Positions 37,157-46,651 of a stretch of 46,651 nt of DNA are shown here, piece by piece. Made by a program: the position numbers and the translations under genes. A model generated the notes under the pieces. That model saw only the letters and a list, made by a program, of their open reading frames with translations, ran no database searches and was not told where the DNA came from. Position 1 is the stretch's first letter; every line of letters begins with the position of its first letter. The stretch comes from Escherichia phage vB_EcoS-733R5, in sequence record ON470608.1. One strand, given 5' to 3'.

Positions 37157-37599
37157 TTAAATCACATCACGAGTACCGGTAGTTACATACTCTGGTGTGG
37201 TAGTGAGCATTACGGCATATGGCACATGTGCCGCAGCGGCCTGAGAATCCCTTTATCCATGCCTCTCAGAACAACCGGAATGTGCAAGCTAAGTGTTCAG
37301 GCACGACGTGCGCCCCACCAGCGCGGAGAAAAGGTGTGACACCTCGGAAGAGACGAGGACACAACCAAAAGAGCGCTGGCATGCAAAAAACATCTCGCAG
37401 CCGTTGCGGTACCAAAAGCCAGGATGGAACGGCAGAACGCGGTAGTGCTCTTTTTGTTGTGTGGAGAACTAACGTACCGCCATTGCAGTGGCGGTCCCCT
37501 ATCAGCAAGAAATTTTTACCAGCTATTCACCCACTCTCATGGGTTGGGTTGCTGCACCCTAAATTTACGCGTTGCAGCGCGTCAGATGGAGAACAAAAG

Positions 37600-37899
37600 A
37601 TGGCTAAGACAGCAAAACAACTGATTAAACAGGCGTACGAAATAGCCAAAACTATGCCACCAGAACAGGCAGCAATCATCAAGGAACTGGCTACCGTCCT
37701 CGATGTTTCGAATGTAGCTCTGCGCCAGACGCGCACCGAACGTGACGACCTTCTCGCAGAGGTCAAATCCTGGGCGAAGGAGTGTGATCGTCTGACCGAG
37801 CGACACACCAAGAAGCGCACAAATCTGCATGTCCTCGAAGCAATGCGCGATTTGAAAGCAATTTGCCCCACCAGCTTCCGTAACGTGGAGGCTCTCTGA
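37600..37899 (+). CDS. Hypothetical early protein
   Basis: 99 aa from the ATG preceded by ggaga; predicted helical; the ORF track extends the frame upstream, but that part looks non-coding. Confidence 0.45.
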   Translation: MAKTAKQLIKQAYEIAKTMPPEQAAIIKELATVLDVSNVALRQTRTERDDLLAEVKSWAKECDRLTERHTKKRTNLHVLEAMRDLKAICPTSFRNVEAL

Positions 37900-38684
37900 T
37901 GGCTAAAGACTCAAAGCTGGTATATGGCGCGAGTGGCAAAACGAACGTTTTGACGTTCGAACCTGAAAATCTGCACTTGGTCACCGACAAAACGCACCCG
38001 CTTTACGATGAGCGTATCCACCTGCCTATCAGCGAGGCAATGGTGCTGAACATCATGGACCAGGGCGTTCTTGAGCCGATTATCGTCTGGAAAGACCCGG
38101 AGACAGGGCTGTCTTGTGTAGTCGATGGTCGCCAGCGTGTGCGCCATACACTGGAAGCCAACAAGCGACTGTTGAAAGAGGGTAAAGAACCGTTACTGGT
38201 TCCAGCAGTCGCTAAACGTGGCTCCGCCGTTCGCATGGCGCAGGCGATGGTAAGTGCTAACGAAATCCGCCAGGCAGATACGCCACTGGGCCGAGCAAAG
38301 AAAATGGCTGATGCGCTGGAGCGCGGGCACGACGAGGACGATTTAGCGCTGATGTTTGGCTGCAGCGTTCAGACCGTTCGAGCAACGCTCTCCCTTCTCG
38401 ATGCCACCCAGGCCGTCAGGGAAGCGGTGGAGGCAGGCACAGTTACCGTTACCCAGGCGCGTCAGCTGGCATCTCTTAAACCCGAAGAGCAGCGGGAGAA
38501 GGTCTCTGAAATAGAAGCGGCAACTGCTGGCACAACAGGCCATGAAAAAGCCCGGCGTCAGCGTCAGATCCTCGGTGATGCAAAGCCGCGCCTGAAAACC
38601 CGCAAAGAAATCATCAAAGCCCTGGAATCAGCCGAGGGTGAGTATGCAAGCGCACTTCGTTGGGTACTTGGGGAGGCGGTATGA
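37899..38684 (+). CDS. ParB-like nuclease domain protein
   Basis: 261 aa; the N-terminal region with VVDGRQR resembles the ParB/sulfiredoxin motif; an HTH-like segment follows. Confidence 0.6.
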   Translation: MAKDSKLVYGASGKTNVLTFEPENLHLVTDKTHPLYDERIHLPISEAMVLNIMDQGVLEPIIVWKDPETGLSCVVDGRQRVRHTLEANKRLLKEGKEPLLVPAVAKRGSAVRMAQAMVSANEIRQADTPLGRAKKMADALERGHDEDDLALMFGCSVQTVRATLSLLDATQAVREAVEAGTVTVTQARQLASLKPEEQREKVSEIEAATAGTTGHEKARRQRQILGDAKPRLKTRKEIIKALESAEGEYASALRWVLGEAV

Positions 38685-38815
38685 ATATTGATCCTGAGAA
38701 TTACAGCAAATACACCCTACGTCGGTTCGCCGCCCTGTTAGATGTGATCTGCTGGGTGCTGATTGCCGTAGTAACCGTTGGTATCTGCATGTTTATTGAA
38801 TGGTGGGCAGCATGA
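38681..38815 (+). CDS. Small membrane protein (not in the ORF track)
   Basis: 44 aa with a hydrophobic core (ALLDVICWVLIAVVTVGICMFIEWW); ATGA overlaps on both sides. Confidence 0.35.
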   Translation: MNIDPENYSKYTLRRFAALLDVICWVLIAVVTVGICMFIEWWAA

Positions 38816-39156
38816 GTAAATCACTGAACGCACGTTGCATCCGCCGCTGGGAAGTTGAATTTAAACCATTCTGCGACTCAAAGCGCAATCCGTACTGGCG
38901 CAAGCGTGACCTTCGTGGGTATATCCGCGAAGCGGCGCTTACCACCGCTTACAGCATGGTCGAGAGCATGGCTGAACGTAACGCCAAAGTTGACTTTGAC
39001 GGCTCCCTACAAGGCTGGACTCCTGAGTTCTCAGAATGGTACCGGGAGCGTCGTGAAGTGTATCTCAAAGAAGCCCGCGACCAACTGAATGAAGAAGCTA
39101 CCAACGACGAGATCGACGAAGAAATAGAGAACGAGCTGGAGGCCTGGAATGACTGA
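38812..39156 (+). CDS. Hypothetical phage protein
   Basis: About 114 aa from MSKSL; translationally coupled to its neighbours. Confidence 0.45.
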   Translation: MSKSLNARCIRRWEVEFKPFCDSKRNPYWRKRDLRGYIREAALTTAYSMVESMAERNAKVDFDGSLQGWTPEFSEWYRERREVYLKEARDQLNEEATNDEIDEEIENELEAWND

Positions 39157-39706
39157 TATCGCCACATTCACTAATGAGCAATTAATCGCCGTGTGCCGTG
39201 CTGACGTGGCGGAAATGTCGAAGTTTTTAAAAGAGGGTGAATTCAGCAATCCGTCCCGCGCAGCTATGTATTTTCGTATTACTGAAATCGCATTGGCAGC
39301 GCTGATGGGGGAGTTCTCATTTGCTCGCAATCAGGTTCGCCGTGAACACGCTGAATGGTCACAGGCTACCTTCGGCAATGTGGGCCCGGTTGGCCCGCTG
39401 AAACACCTCAGCAAAGAAGCGCTGGAAGCTGCAGCAGAGCCTGGTGACCTCTCCGAGTGGGCTGATATGCAATTCCTGATGTGGGATGCCCAGCGTCGTG
39501 CCGGTATCACCGACGAACAGATTACCCAGGCGATGATCGAAAAGCTGGCAGTGAACAAACAGCGCGAATGGCCGGAACCAAAAGATGGGGAGCCAAGGCT
39601 GCACATCAAAGAACAACTTCGTAAAAAAGTTGACCGCTGTGATGTTTGTACTGAAGGGGCTCGCGGCGGGTGTGGGACATGTATTTTTAACGGTAATTTT
39701 GAATGA
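39149..39706 (+). CDS. MazG-like / DUF550-type nucleotide pyrophosphohydrolase
   Basis: 185-aa ORF; family recognised by overall resemblance only; C-terminal CxxC...CGxC. Confidence 0.45.
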   Translation: MTDIATFTNEQLIAVCRADVAEMSKFLKEGEFSNPSRAAMYFRITEIALAALMGEFSFARNQVRREHAEWSQATFGNVGPVGPLKHLSKEALEAAAEPGDLSEWADMQFLMWDAQRRAGITDEQITQAMIEKLAVNKQREWPEPKDGEPRLHIKEQLRKKVDRCDVCTEGARGGCGTCIFNGNFE

Positions 39707-39713
39707 GGTGCTT

Positions 39714-39899
39714 ATGACTTCTAAGGATTTTATGGAAGAGAAAGAAGTATTCGAATTGCTGGGGAAGAAAAAAACAGCTGTGTGGCGTTTACGTAAAGAG
39801 CATGGTTTTCCTCAACCTGTTCTCACCTATCCAACACGCTATAGCAGGAAAGCAGTTTCAGAATGGTTGGAGAGAGGTGGAGTTAATAGCCACAGATAA
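39714..39899 (+). CDS. AlpA-family HTH regulator / excisionase-like protein
   Basis: 61 aa; EVFELLGKKKTAVWRLRKEHGFPQPV resembles the AlpA/Xis-type HTH. Confidence 0.55.
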   Translation: MTSKDFMEEKEVFELLGKKKTAVWRLRKEHGFPQPVLTYPTRYSRKAVSEWLERGGVNSHR

Positions 39900-39996
39900 A
39901 TTAACAAAAAGTGAAACACAATGGCTTTAAGTATGTTTAGTTACATTTAAAGCCATACAGAACACTAACCTATTATATTTCAATATATACCCATCA

Positions 39997-40857
39997 CTAT
40001 TCTTCCATCCCACCTTCATTTATTAAGCCCTGAGACAACCCATAGGTTGCTAACAGTTCTTTTATACTACCCTTTGTTTTTTGAAAATCCAAAGCAAGCC
40101 TTTCTGCAGACTTTGTATCATTGATCATATTGTTTTCACCAATCAACTCACTCCTAAGCTTATTTAATACATCGGTATAAAAGTAATTGTGCCAATTATA
40201 AATATAAATCTCACCAAATTTATCAAAACCTTCCTTTGAAGCAGGAATCACCTCAATTATTTTTTTGCTTATCTCTCCTTCATTTAGAATGTTGTGTTTT
40301 CTAGCTAAGGGGATTGACAAAAAACGAAGAGATATTAGAGCAAACAAAGATATTGATTCATATATTTCAAAAGATTTAAGTGTGCTTTCACTCAAATATA
40401 ATTTCATAGTATCCTTATCAAAACCATTATACTCTTCTAACTTTTCATTTATTTTTAATGGCCTTGTGATAGCTTCCATAAAGTCATTAAGTCTTTGGTC
40501 ATCTCCCATTTTCATTATCTCTTTGACATTAAGCATCTGCATATATTGCACCGCCATAGATAAACCAATTAGGTATTTACGAATCTTAATTAAATTCTCA
40601 GCTGATTCGAATCTTTTTGACTGGAGAACAGAATCCCTGCTTGTTCTCACATTGGAAAGATAATTCCTTATTTGCTCCAGTTCTTTCTCGCCCTCTCTCA
40701 CTTCAGATTTAAATTTTTCAAGTTTTGTATCAAACTTGTGTTCAATAGATTTTGTAAGAAATTTTCCAATACTATCTCTAAATAAGTAGCCAACTCCAGA
40801 GATAAATGCTGCTGATGTAACGATACTAACAAGCCATTTTAATAATTCGCTATTCAT
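39997..40857 (-). CDS. AT-rich cargo protein with an N-terminal hydrophobic helix
   Basis: 286-aa ORF between the excisionase-like gene and the integrase; Lys/Glu/Ile-rich; no family recognised. Confidence 0.5.
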   Translation of the reverse strand: MNSELLKWLVSIVTSAAFISGVGYLFRDSIGKFLTKSIEHKFDTKLEKFKSEVREGEKELEQIRNYLSNVRTSRDSVLQSKRFESAENLIKIRKYLIGLSMAVQYMQMLNVKEIMKMGDDQRLNDFMEAITRPLKINEKLEEYNGFDKDTMKLYLSESTLKSFEIYESISLFALISLRFLSIPLARKHNILNEGEISKKIIEVIPASKEGFDKFGEIYIYNWHNYFYTDVLNKLRSELIGENNMINDTKSAERLALDFQKTKGSIKELLATYGLSQGLINEGGMEE

Positions 40858-40887
40858 GATGACCTCGACAAACCTAACAAAAAGAAT

Positions 40888-42056
40888 TTATCTTAACTTA
40901 TTTACTTGCCAAAATATTTTGTCCGCGTACTTTTCGTATGCTTCCTTCTGCTCCACCAGCCAATCGTGTTTGTTATAAACCGCCATCACTCCCCCTAACT
41001 CATGCCCCAGCATCTTTTCAGTGACGTGAGGCATAACCCCTTCCCCTGATAAATTCGTCACCAGCGAACGCCTGAAGTCATGTGTTCGCCACTCTGGTAT
41101 ATCAATTTTATCCCTTAATTTTTTCATATAGAGATTTGCTGACGAGCGATCTATAGGCTTGTCGAGTTCCTGGCCGGGAAACAGAACATCATTTCCAGCA
41201 TTGAGGAGCCTTTCAACAAAAGGTTTCACCTGGTCAAACACCGGGCGACGGATTACGTTACCCATCTTTGAATGTTCTGCTGGAGTCGTCCAGATAAGAT
41301 CATCCATATTGAACTCACTGGCAGTAGCAAGGCGCAGCTCTGATAGCCTGGCTCCCCAAAGCAAAAGCAGCTGATGAAGCACCTTGTTGGAGGTAACGAT
41401 CTTGTTGTTCTCCAGCGCCAGCCAGATTTTAGCCAACTCGGTATACGTGAGAACACGGCTACCCACATCAGGTTTTTTTCCAATGGTCTTAACACTTAGC
41501 TTCAGGACTTCGCACGATGGGATCAACTGGCGACTGATACACCAGTTCATGACGGAACGTAGCTGCAGAAGAAGCACCCTGGCCTTTTTGCTGTTCTTCT
41601 TTTCCTGCTTATCAAAGAAACGCACCCATGCCGAAACAGGAATGTTTACTACCGGAGCGTCCGGGAATTCTGTGTACATCGTGTTGTACACAACTGACTT
41701 GTACAGCGTCTGAGTGTTCGGCTTCAGCGTTTCAACATACTTGCCCCACCACTGATCCAGGCACTCTTTGAGAGTCAGCTCGCCATCTTCTTTGGCAAAA
41801 TAATTTTTCGGGTTTAGCCCCTTGAGGTACAATTCGCGCATCTCACCGACGACAACGCGCGCCTCCTTGAGAGACATAGCGGGATAGCGGCCAATGGAGA
41901 GGCGAACGGGCTTACCGTTCCAGCGATAACGAAACTGGAATGTGATCGTGCCTGTGGGAGTTATGCGTACACTCAGCCCGTCACCATCTGTGACCTCAGC
42001 TGCGCCGCTGTATGGCTTAGCATTGATGCTACGGAGTTTGGTATCACTAAGGGCCA
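40888..42056 (-). CDS. Tyrosine integrase (P4-like family), likely GTG start
   Basis: N-terminal ALSDTKLR...PYSGAAEVTDGDGLSVRITP and C-terminal HDFRRS...VMAVYNKH are integrase hallmarks; there is no ATG near the conserved N-terminus, so the GTG at 42056 is proposed. Confidence 0.75.
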
Positions 42057-42242
42057 CGGCTCTGTATCCTGTACACACTGAAATTCTGCATTCTGTACTC
42101 AATGTGTACGCAATGGCAAGTGAACGAAGTGATTTTCTAAGCGAATCGATGCGAACGGAAAGGAAATAAAAGGAATGAAATGCTTGATGGTACGGGGAAT
42201 GATAGGATAACATGCAACACAAGCTGAACGCTTAAAAATCAG

Positions 42243-42317
42243 TAAGTTCTATGTCCCCTTAGTTAAATGGATATAACGAGCCCCTCCTAAGGGCTAATTG
42301 CAGGTTCGATTCCTGCA
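42243..42317 (+). tRNA. argW: tRNA-Arg (anticodon CCU)
   Basis: 75-nt cloverleaf-compatible sequence with a GTCCCCT/AGGGGAC acceptor stem, CCU in the anticodon loop, a GTTCGATTC T-loop and a 3' CCA. Confidence 0.9.
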
Positions 42318-42768
42318 GGGGACACCAGATACCCTTCAAACGAAATCTACCTTCACCCCGTAAAAGATGGGTTTGGCAGCACACTTGCCTTATATCTACT
42401 CATTTTTACTGCAACAGGTTGAAATCTCAGCACTGTCAGAAAGCGCTGATGACTAAACAGCCCTGGGCCGGGCGATGTAACCATCACACAGAATCCTGAT
42501 AGCGAAATATGGCGTGACTCGATACTTCACTCCGCAATGCATTCCTTGATGAATTCGCAGGACCGTGATACACGGGACAGGTCACTGAATGACGACAATG
42601 TCCTGGAAATCAGCGAACCGCGCATCTGAAGTACATTTGAGCGACTGTACCAGAACATGAATGAGGCGTTTGGATTAGGCGATTATTAGCAGGGCTAAGC
42701 ATTTTACTATTATTATTTTCCGGTTGAGGGATATAGAGCTATCGACAACAACCGGAAAAAGTTTACGT

Positions 42769-44016
42769 CTATATTGCTGAAGGTACAGGCGTTTCCATAA
42801 CTATTTGCTCGCGTTTTTTACTCAAGAAGAAAATGCCAAATAGCAACATCAGGCAGACAATACCCGAAATTGCGAAGAAAACTGTCTGGTAGCCTGCGTG
42901 GTCAAAGAGTATCCCAGTCGGCGTTGAAAGCAGCACAATCCCAAGCGAACTGGCAATTTGAAAACCAATCAGAAAGATCGTCGACGACAGGCGCTTATCA
43001 AAGTTTGCCACGCTGTATTTGAAGACGGATATGACACAAAGTGGAACCTCAATGGCATGTAACAACTTCACTAATGAAATAATCCAGGGGTTAACGAACA
43101 GCGCGCAGGAAAGGATACGCAACGCCATAATCACAACTCCGATAAGTAATGCATTTTTTGGCCCTACCCGATTCACAAAGAAAGGAATAATCGCCATGCA
43201 CAGCGCTTCGAGTACCACCTGGAATGAGTTGAGATAACCATACAGGCGCGTTCCTACATCGTGTGATTCGAATAAACCTGCATAAAAGACAGGAAAAAGT
43301 TGTTGATCAAAAATGTTATAGAAAGACCACGTCCCCACAATAAATATGACGAAAACCCAGAAGTTTCGATCCTTGAAAACTGCGATAAAATCCTCTTTTT
43401 TTACCCCTCCCGCATCTGCCGCTACGCACTGGTGATCCTTATCTTTAAAACGCATGTTGATCATCATAAATACAGCGCCAAATAGCGAGACCAACCAGAA
43501 GTTGATATGGGGACTGATACTAAAAAATATGCCGGCAAAGAACGCGCCAATAGCATAGCCAAAAGATCCCCAGGCGCGCGCTGTTCCATATTCGAAATGA
43601 AAATTTCGCGCCATTTTTTCGGTGAAGCTATCAAGCAAACCGCATCCCGCCAGATACCCCAAGCCAAAAAATAGCGCCCCCAGAATTAGACCTACAGAAA
43701 AATTGCTTTGCAGTAACGGTTCATAAACGTAAATCATAAACGGTCCGGTCAAGACCAGGATGAAACTCATACACCAGATGAGCGGTTTCTTCAGACCGAG
43801 TTTATCCTGAACGATGCCGTAGAACATCATAAATAGAATGCTGGTAAACTGGTTGACCGAATAAAGTGTACCTAATTCCGTCCCTGTCAACCCTAGATGT
43901 CCTTTCAGCCAAATAGCGTATAACGACCACCACAGCGACCAGGAAATAAAAAAGAGAAATGAGTAACTGGATGCAAAACGATAGTACGCATTTCTGAATG
44001 GAATATTCAGTGCCAT
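42769..44016 (-). CDS. cscB: Sucrose:H+ symporter (LacY-like MFS permease)
   Basis: 415 aa with 12 predicted TM helices; LacY-like N-terminus; adjacent to cscK and cscA. Confidence 0.8.
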   Translation of the reverse strand: MALNIPFRNAYYRFASSYSFLFFISWSLWWSLYAIWLKGHLGLTGTELGTLYSVNQFTSILFMMFYGIVQDKLGLKKPLIWCMSFILVLTGPFMIYVYEPLLQSNFSVGLILGALFFGLGYLAGCGLLDSFTEKMARNFHFEYGTARAWGSFGYAIGAFFAGIFFSISPHINFWLVSLFGAVFMMINMRFKDKDHQCVAADAGGVKKEDFIAVFKDRNFWVFVIFIVGTWSFYNIFDQQLFPVFYAGLFESHDVGTRLYGYLNSFQVVLEALCMAIIPFFVNRVGPKNALLIGVVIMALRILSCALFVNPWIISLVKLLHAIEVPLCVISVFKYSVANFDKRLSSTIFLIGFQIASSLGIVLLSTPTGILFDHAGYQTVFFAISGIVCLMLLFGIFFLSKKREQIVMETPVPSAI

Positions 44017-44087
44017 AATTACCTGCCTGTCGTTAAAAAATTCACGTCCTATTTAGAGATAAGAGCGACTTCGCCGTTTACTTCTCA

Positions 44088-45002
44088 CTATTCCAGTTCT
44101 TGTCGACATGGCAGCGCTGTCATTGCCCCTTTCGCCGTTACTGCAAGCGCTCCGCAACGTTGAGCGAGATCGATAATTCGTCGCATTTCTCTCTCATCTG
44201 TAGATAATCCCGTAGAGGACAGACCTGTGAGTAACCCGGCAACGAACGCATCTCCCGCCCCCGTGCTATCGACACAATTCACAGACATTCCAGCAAAATG
44301 GTGAACTTGTCCTCGATAACAGACCACCACACCTTCTGCACCTTTAGTCACCAACAGCATGGCGATCTCATACTCTTTTGCCAGGGCGCATATATCCCGA
44401 TCGTTCTGTGTTTTTCCACTGATAAGTCGCCATTCTTCTTCCGAGAGCTTGACGACATCCGCCAGTTGTAGCGCCTGCCGCAAACACAAGCGGAGCAAAT
44501 GCTCGTCTTGCCATAGATCTTCACGAATATTAGGATCGAAGCTGACAAAACCTCCGGCATGCCGGATCGCCGTCATCGCAGTAAATGCGCTGGTACGCGA
44601 AGGCTCGGCAGACAACGCAATTGAACAGAGATGTAACCATTCGCCATGTCGCCAGCAGGGCAAGTCTGTCGTCTCTAAAAAAAGATCGGCACTGGGGCGG
44701 ACCATAAACGTAAATGAACGTTCCCCTTGATCGTTCAGATCGACAAGCACCGTGGATGTCCGGTGCCATTCATCTTGCTTCAGATACGTGATATCGACTC
44801 CCTCAGTTAGCAGCGTTCTTTGCATTAACGCACCAAAAGGATCATCCCCCACCCGACCTATAAACCCACTTGTTCCGCCTAATCTGGCGATTCCCACCGC
44901 AACGTTAGCTGGCGCGCCGCCAGGACAAGGCAGTAGGCGCCCGTCTGATTCTGGCAAGAGATCTACGACCGCATCCCCTAAAACCCATACTTTGGCTGAC
45001 AT
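44088..45002 (-). CDS. cscK: Fructokinase (ROK/pfkB-like sugar kinase)
   Basis: 304 aa with VLGDAVVD and GAGDAF sugar-kinase motifs. Confidence 0.8.
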   Translation of the reverse strand: MSAKVWVLGDAVVDLLPESDGRLLPCPGGAPANVAVGIARLGGTSGFIGRVGDDPFGALMQRTLLTEGVDITYLKQDEWHRTSTVLVDLNDQGERSFTFMVRPSADLFLETTDLPCWRHGEWLHLCSIALSAEPSRTSAFTAMTAIRHAGGFVSFDPNIREDLWQDEHLLRLCLRQALQLADVVKLSEEEWRLISGKTQNDRDICALAKEYEIAMLLVTKGAEGVVVCYRGQVHHFAGMSVNCVDSTGAGDAFVAGLLTGLSSTGLSTDEREMRRIIDLAQRCGALAVTAKGAMTALPCRQELE

Positions 45003-45107
45003 TTTTTTCCCTTAAATTCATCTGAGTTACGCATAGTGATAAACCTCTTTTTCGCAAAATCGTCATGGATTTACTAAAACATGCATATTCGATCACAAAA
45101 CGTCATA

Positions 45108-45183
45108 GTTAACGTTAACATTTGTGATATTCATCGCATTTATGAAAGTAAGGGACTTTATTTTTATAAAAGTTAACGTTAAC
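45108..45183. promoter_or_regulatory. Divergent csc promoter region with two GTTAACGTTAAC palindromes (candidate CscR operators)
   Basis: Perfect 12-bp palindromes at 45108..45119 and 45172..45183 in the AT-rich cscK/cscA intergenic region. Confidence 0.5.
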
Positions 45184-45217
45184 AATTCACCAAATTTGCT
45201 TAACCAGGATGATTAAA

Positions 45218-46651
45218 ATGACGCAATCTCGATTGCATGCGGCGCAAAACGCCCTAGCAAAACTTCATGAGCACCGGGGTAACACTTTCTATCCCCATTT
45301 TCACCTCGCGCCTCCTGCCGGGTGGATGAACGATCCAAACGGCCTGATCTGGTTTAACGATCGTTATCACGCGTTTTATCAACATCATCCGATGAGCGAA
45401 CACTGGGGGCCAATGCACTGGGGACATGCCACCAGCGACGATATGATCCACTGGCAGCATGAGCCTATTGCGTTAGCGCCAGGAGACGATAATGACAAAG
45501 ACGGGTGTTTTTCAGGTAGTGCTGTCGATGACAATGGTGTCCTCTCACTTATCTACACCGGACACGTCTGGCTCGATGGTGCAGGTAATGACGATGCAAT
45601 TCGCGAAGTACAATGTCTGGCTACCAGTCGGGATGGTATTCATTTCGAGAAACAGGGTGTGATCCTCACTCCACCAGAAGGAATCATGCACTTCCGCGAT
45701 CCTAAAGTGTGGCGTGAAGCCGACACATGGTGGATGGTAGTCGGGGCGAAAGATCCAGGCAACACGGGGCAGATCCTGCTTTATCGCGGCAGTTCGTTGC
45801 GTGAATGGACCTTCGATCGCGTACTGGCCCACGCTGATGCGGGTGAAAGCTATATGTGGGAATGTCCGGACTTTTTCAGCCTTGGCGATCAGCATTATCT
45901 GATGTTTTCCCCGCAGGGAATGAATGCCGAGGGATACAGTTACCGAAATCGCTTTCAAAGTGGCGTAATACCCGGAATGTGGTCGCCAGGACGACTTTTT
46001 GCACAATCCGGGCATTTTACTGAACTTGATAACGGGCATGACTTTTATGCACCACAAAGCTTTTTAGCGAAGGATGGTCGGCGTATTGTTATCGGCTGGA
46101 TGGATATGTGGGAATCGCCAATGCCCTCAAAACGTGAAGGATGGGCAGGCTGCATGACGCTGGCGCGCGAGCTATCAGAGAGCAATGGCAAACTTCTACA
46201 ACGCCCGGTACACGAAGCTGAGTCGTTACGCCAGCAGCATCAATCTGTCTCTCCCCGCACAATCAGCAATAAATATGTTTTGCAGGAAAACGCGCAAGCA
46301 GTTGAGATTCAGTTGCAGTGGGCGCTGAAGAACAGTGATGCCGAACATTACGGATTACAGCTCGGCACTGGAATGCGGCTGTATATTGATAACCAATCTG
46401 AGCGACTTGTTTTGTGGCGGTATTACCCACACGAGAATTTAGACGGCTACCGTAGTATTCCCCTCCCGCAGCGTGACACGCTCGCCCTAAGGATATTTAT
46501 CGATACATCATCCGTGGAAGTATTTATTAACGACGGGGAAGCGGTGATGAGTAGTCGAATCTATCCGCAGCCAGAAGAACGGGAACTGTCGCTTTATGCC
46601 TCCCACGGAGTGGCTGTGCTGCAACATGGAGCACTCTGGCTACTGGGTTAA
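45218..46651 (+). CDS. cscA: Sucrose-6-phosphate hydrolase / invertase (GH32)
   Basis: WMNDPNG and FRDP motifs with an EC catalytic pair (MWECPDF); agga SD 9 nt before the MTQSRL start. Confidence 0.85.
   Translation: MTQSRLHAAQNALAKLHEHRGNTFYPHFHLAPPAGWMNDPNGLIWFNDRYHAFYQHHPMSEHWGPMHWGHATSDDMIHWQHEPIALAPGDDNDKDGCFSGSAVDDNGVLSLIYTGHVWLDGAGNDDAIREVQCLATSRDGIHFEKQGVILTPPEGIMHFRDPKVWREADTWWMVVGAKDPGNTGQILLYRGSSLREWTFDRVLAHADAGESYMWECPDFFSLGDQHYLMFSPQGMNAEGYSYRNRFQSGVIPGMWSPGRLFAQSGHFTELDNGHDFYAPQSFLAKDGRRIVIGWMDMWESPMPSKREGWAGCMTLARELSESNGKLLQRPVHEAESLRQQHQSVSPRTISNKYVLQENAQAVEIQLQWALKNSDAEHYGLQLGTGMRLYIDNQSERLVLWRYYPHENLDGYRSIPLPQRDTLALRIFIDTSSVEVFINDGEAVMSSRIYPQPEERELSLYASHGVAVLQHGALWLLG

Larger units (their letters stand above)
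1009..42269. mobile_element. Integrated lambdoid/HK97-like siphovirus prophage (about 41 kb) bounded by the tRNA-derived direct repeat
   Basis: Complete module order (integrase, immunity, replication, Q, lysis, terminase, head, tail, tail fibre) between the two copies of the 27-bp repeat; the integrase abuts the intact tRNA. Confidence 0.75.

Noticed and set aside
37219-37599. Upstream extension of the 37219..37899 ORF, including an Arg/Lys-rich stretch that could be an N-like antiterminator
   Set aside because: The upstream part has non-protein-like composition (Cys/Trp/Pro-rich) and no convincing start, while a strong SD precedes the internal ATG at 37600. An N-like peptide cannot be supported without RNA or nut-site evidence.
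42318-42768. A gene in the 450-bp gap between argW and cscB
   Set aside because: No ORF with a credible start or SD is present; the gap is more likely non-coding island junction sequence containing the cscB terminator region.
1-46651. CRISPR array or cas genes
   Set aside because: No regularly spaced short direct repeats with unique spacers were seen; the only tandem repeats are the 15-bp iterons inside the replication gene and the recombinase 3'-end copies.

Overview
This window is an E. coli-type chromosomal segment carrying a complete, roughly 41 kb lambdoid/HK97-like siphovirus prophage, inserted between yfdC (1..933) and tRNA-Arg(CCU) argW (42243..42317), with the sucrose locus cscB-cscK / cscA to its right. 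A 27-bp copy of the tRNA 5' end (1009..1035) marks the far prophage boundary. From the integrase end the prophage reads: integrase, an AlpA-like regulator and early-left genes (ParB-like, MazG/DUF550-like), a cI / cro / cII-like immunity switch with repeated operators, a replication initiator with internal iterons, Dam methylase, RusA, an HNH/DUF968-like protein, antiterminator Q, a lysis cassette, HNH-TerS-TerL, HK97-type head genes, a tail module with a G/GT frameshift site, tape measure, tail tip proteins and a 1,345-aa tail fibre. Beyond the tail fibre lies a decayed recombinase region invaded by a group II intron. Four AT-rich cargo loci interrupt the phage backbone and are the best candidates for an undescribed system: a two-gene cassette antisense between Q and the lysis genes (30253..31641, architecture reminiscent of lambda RexA/RexB), a three-gene operon at the att-distal end (1347..2277), a 286-aa gene next to the integrase (39997..40857), and a secreted-protein moron inside the tail operon (17352..17729). 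All calls are by eye from the translated ORFs and the DNA; gene starts are approximate and no database search was run.
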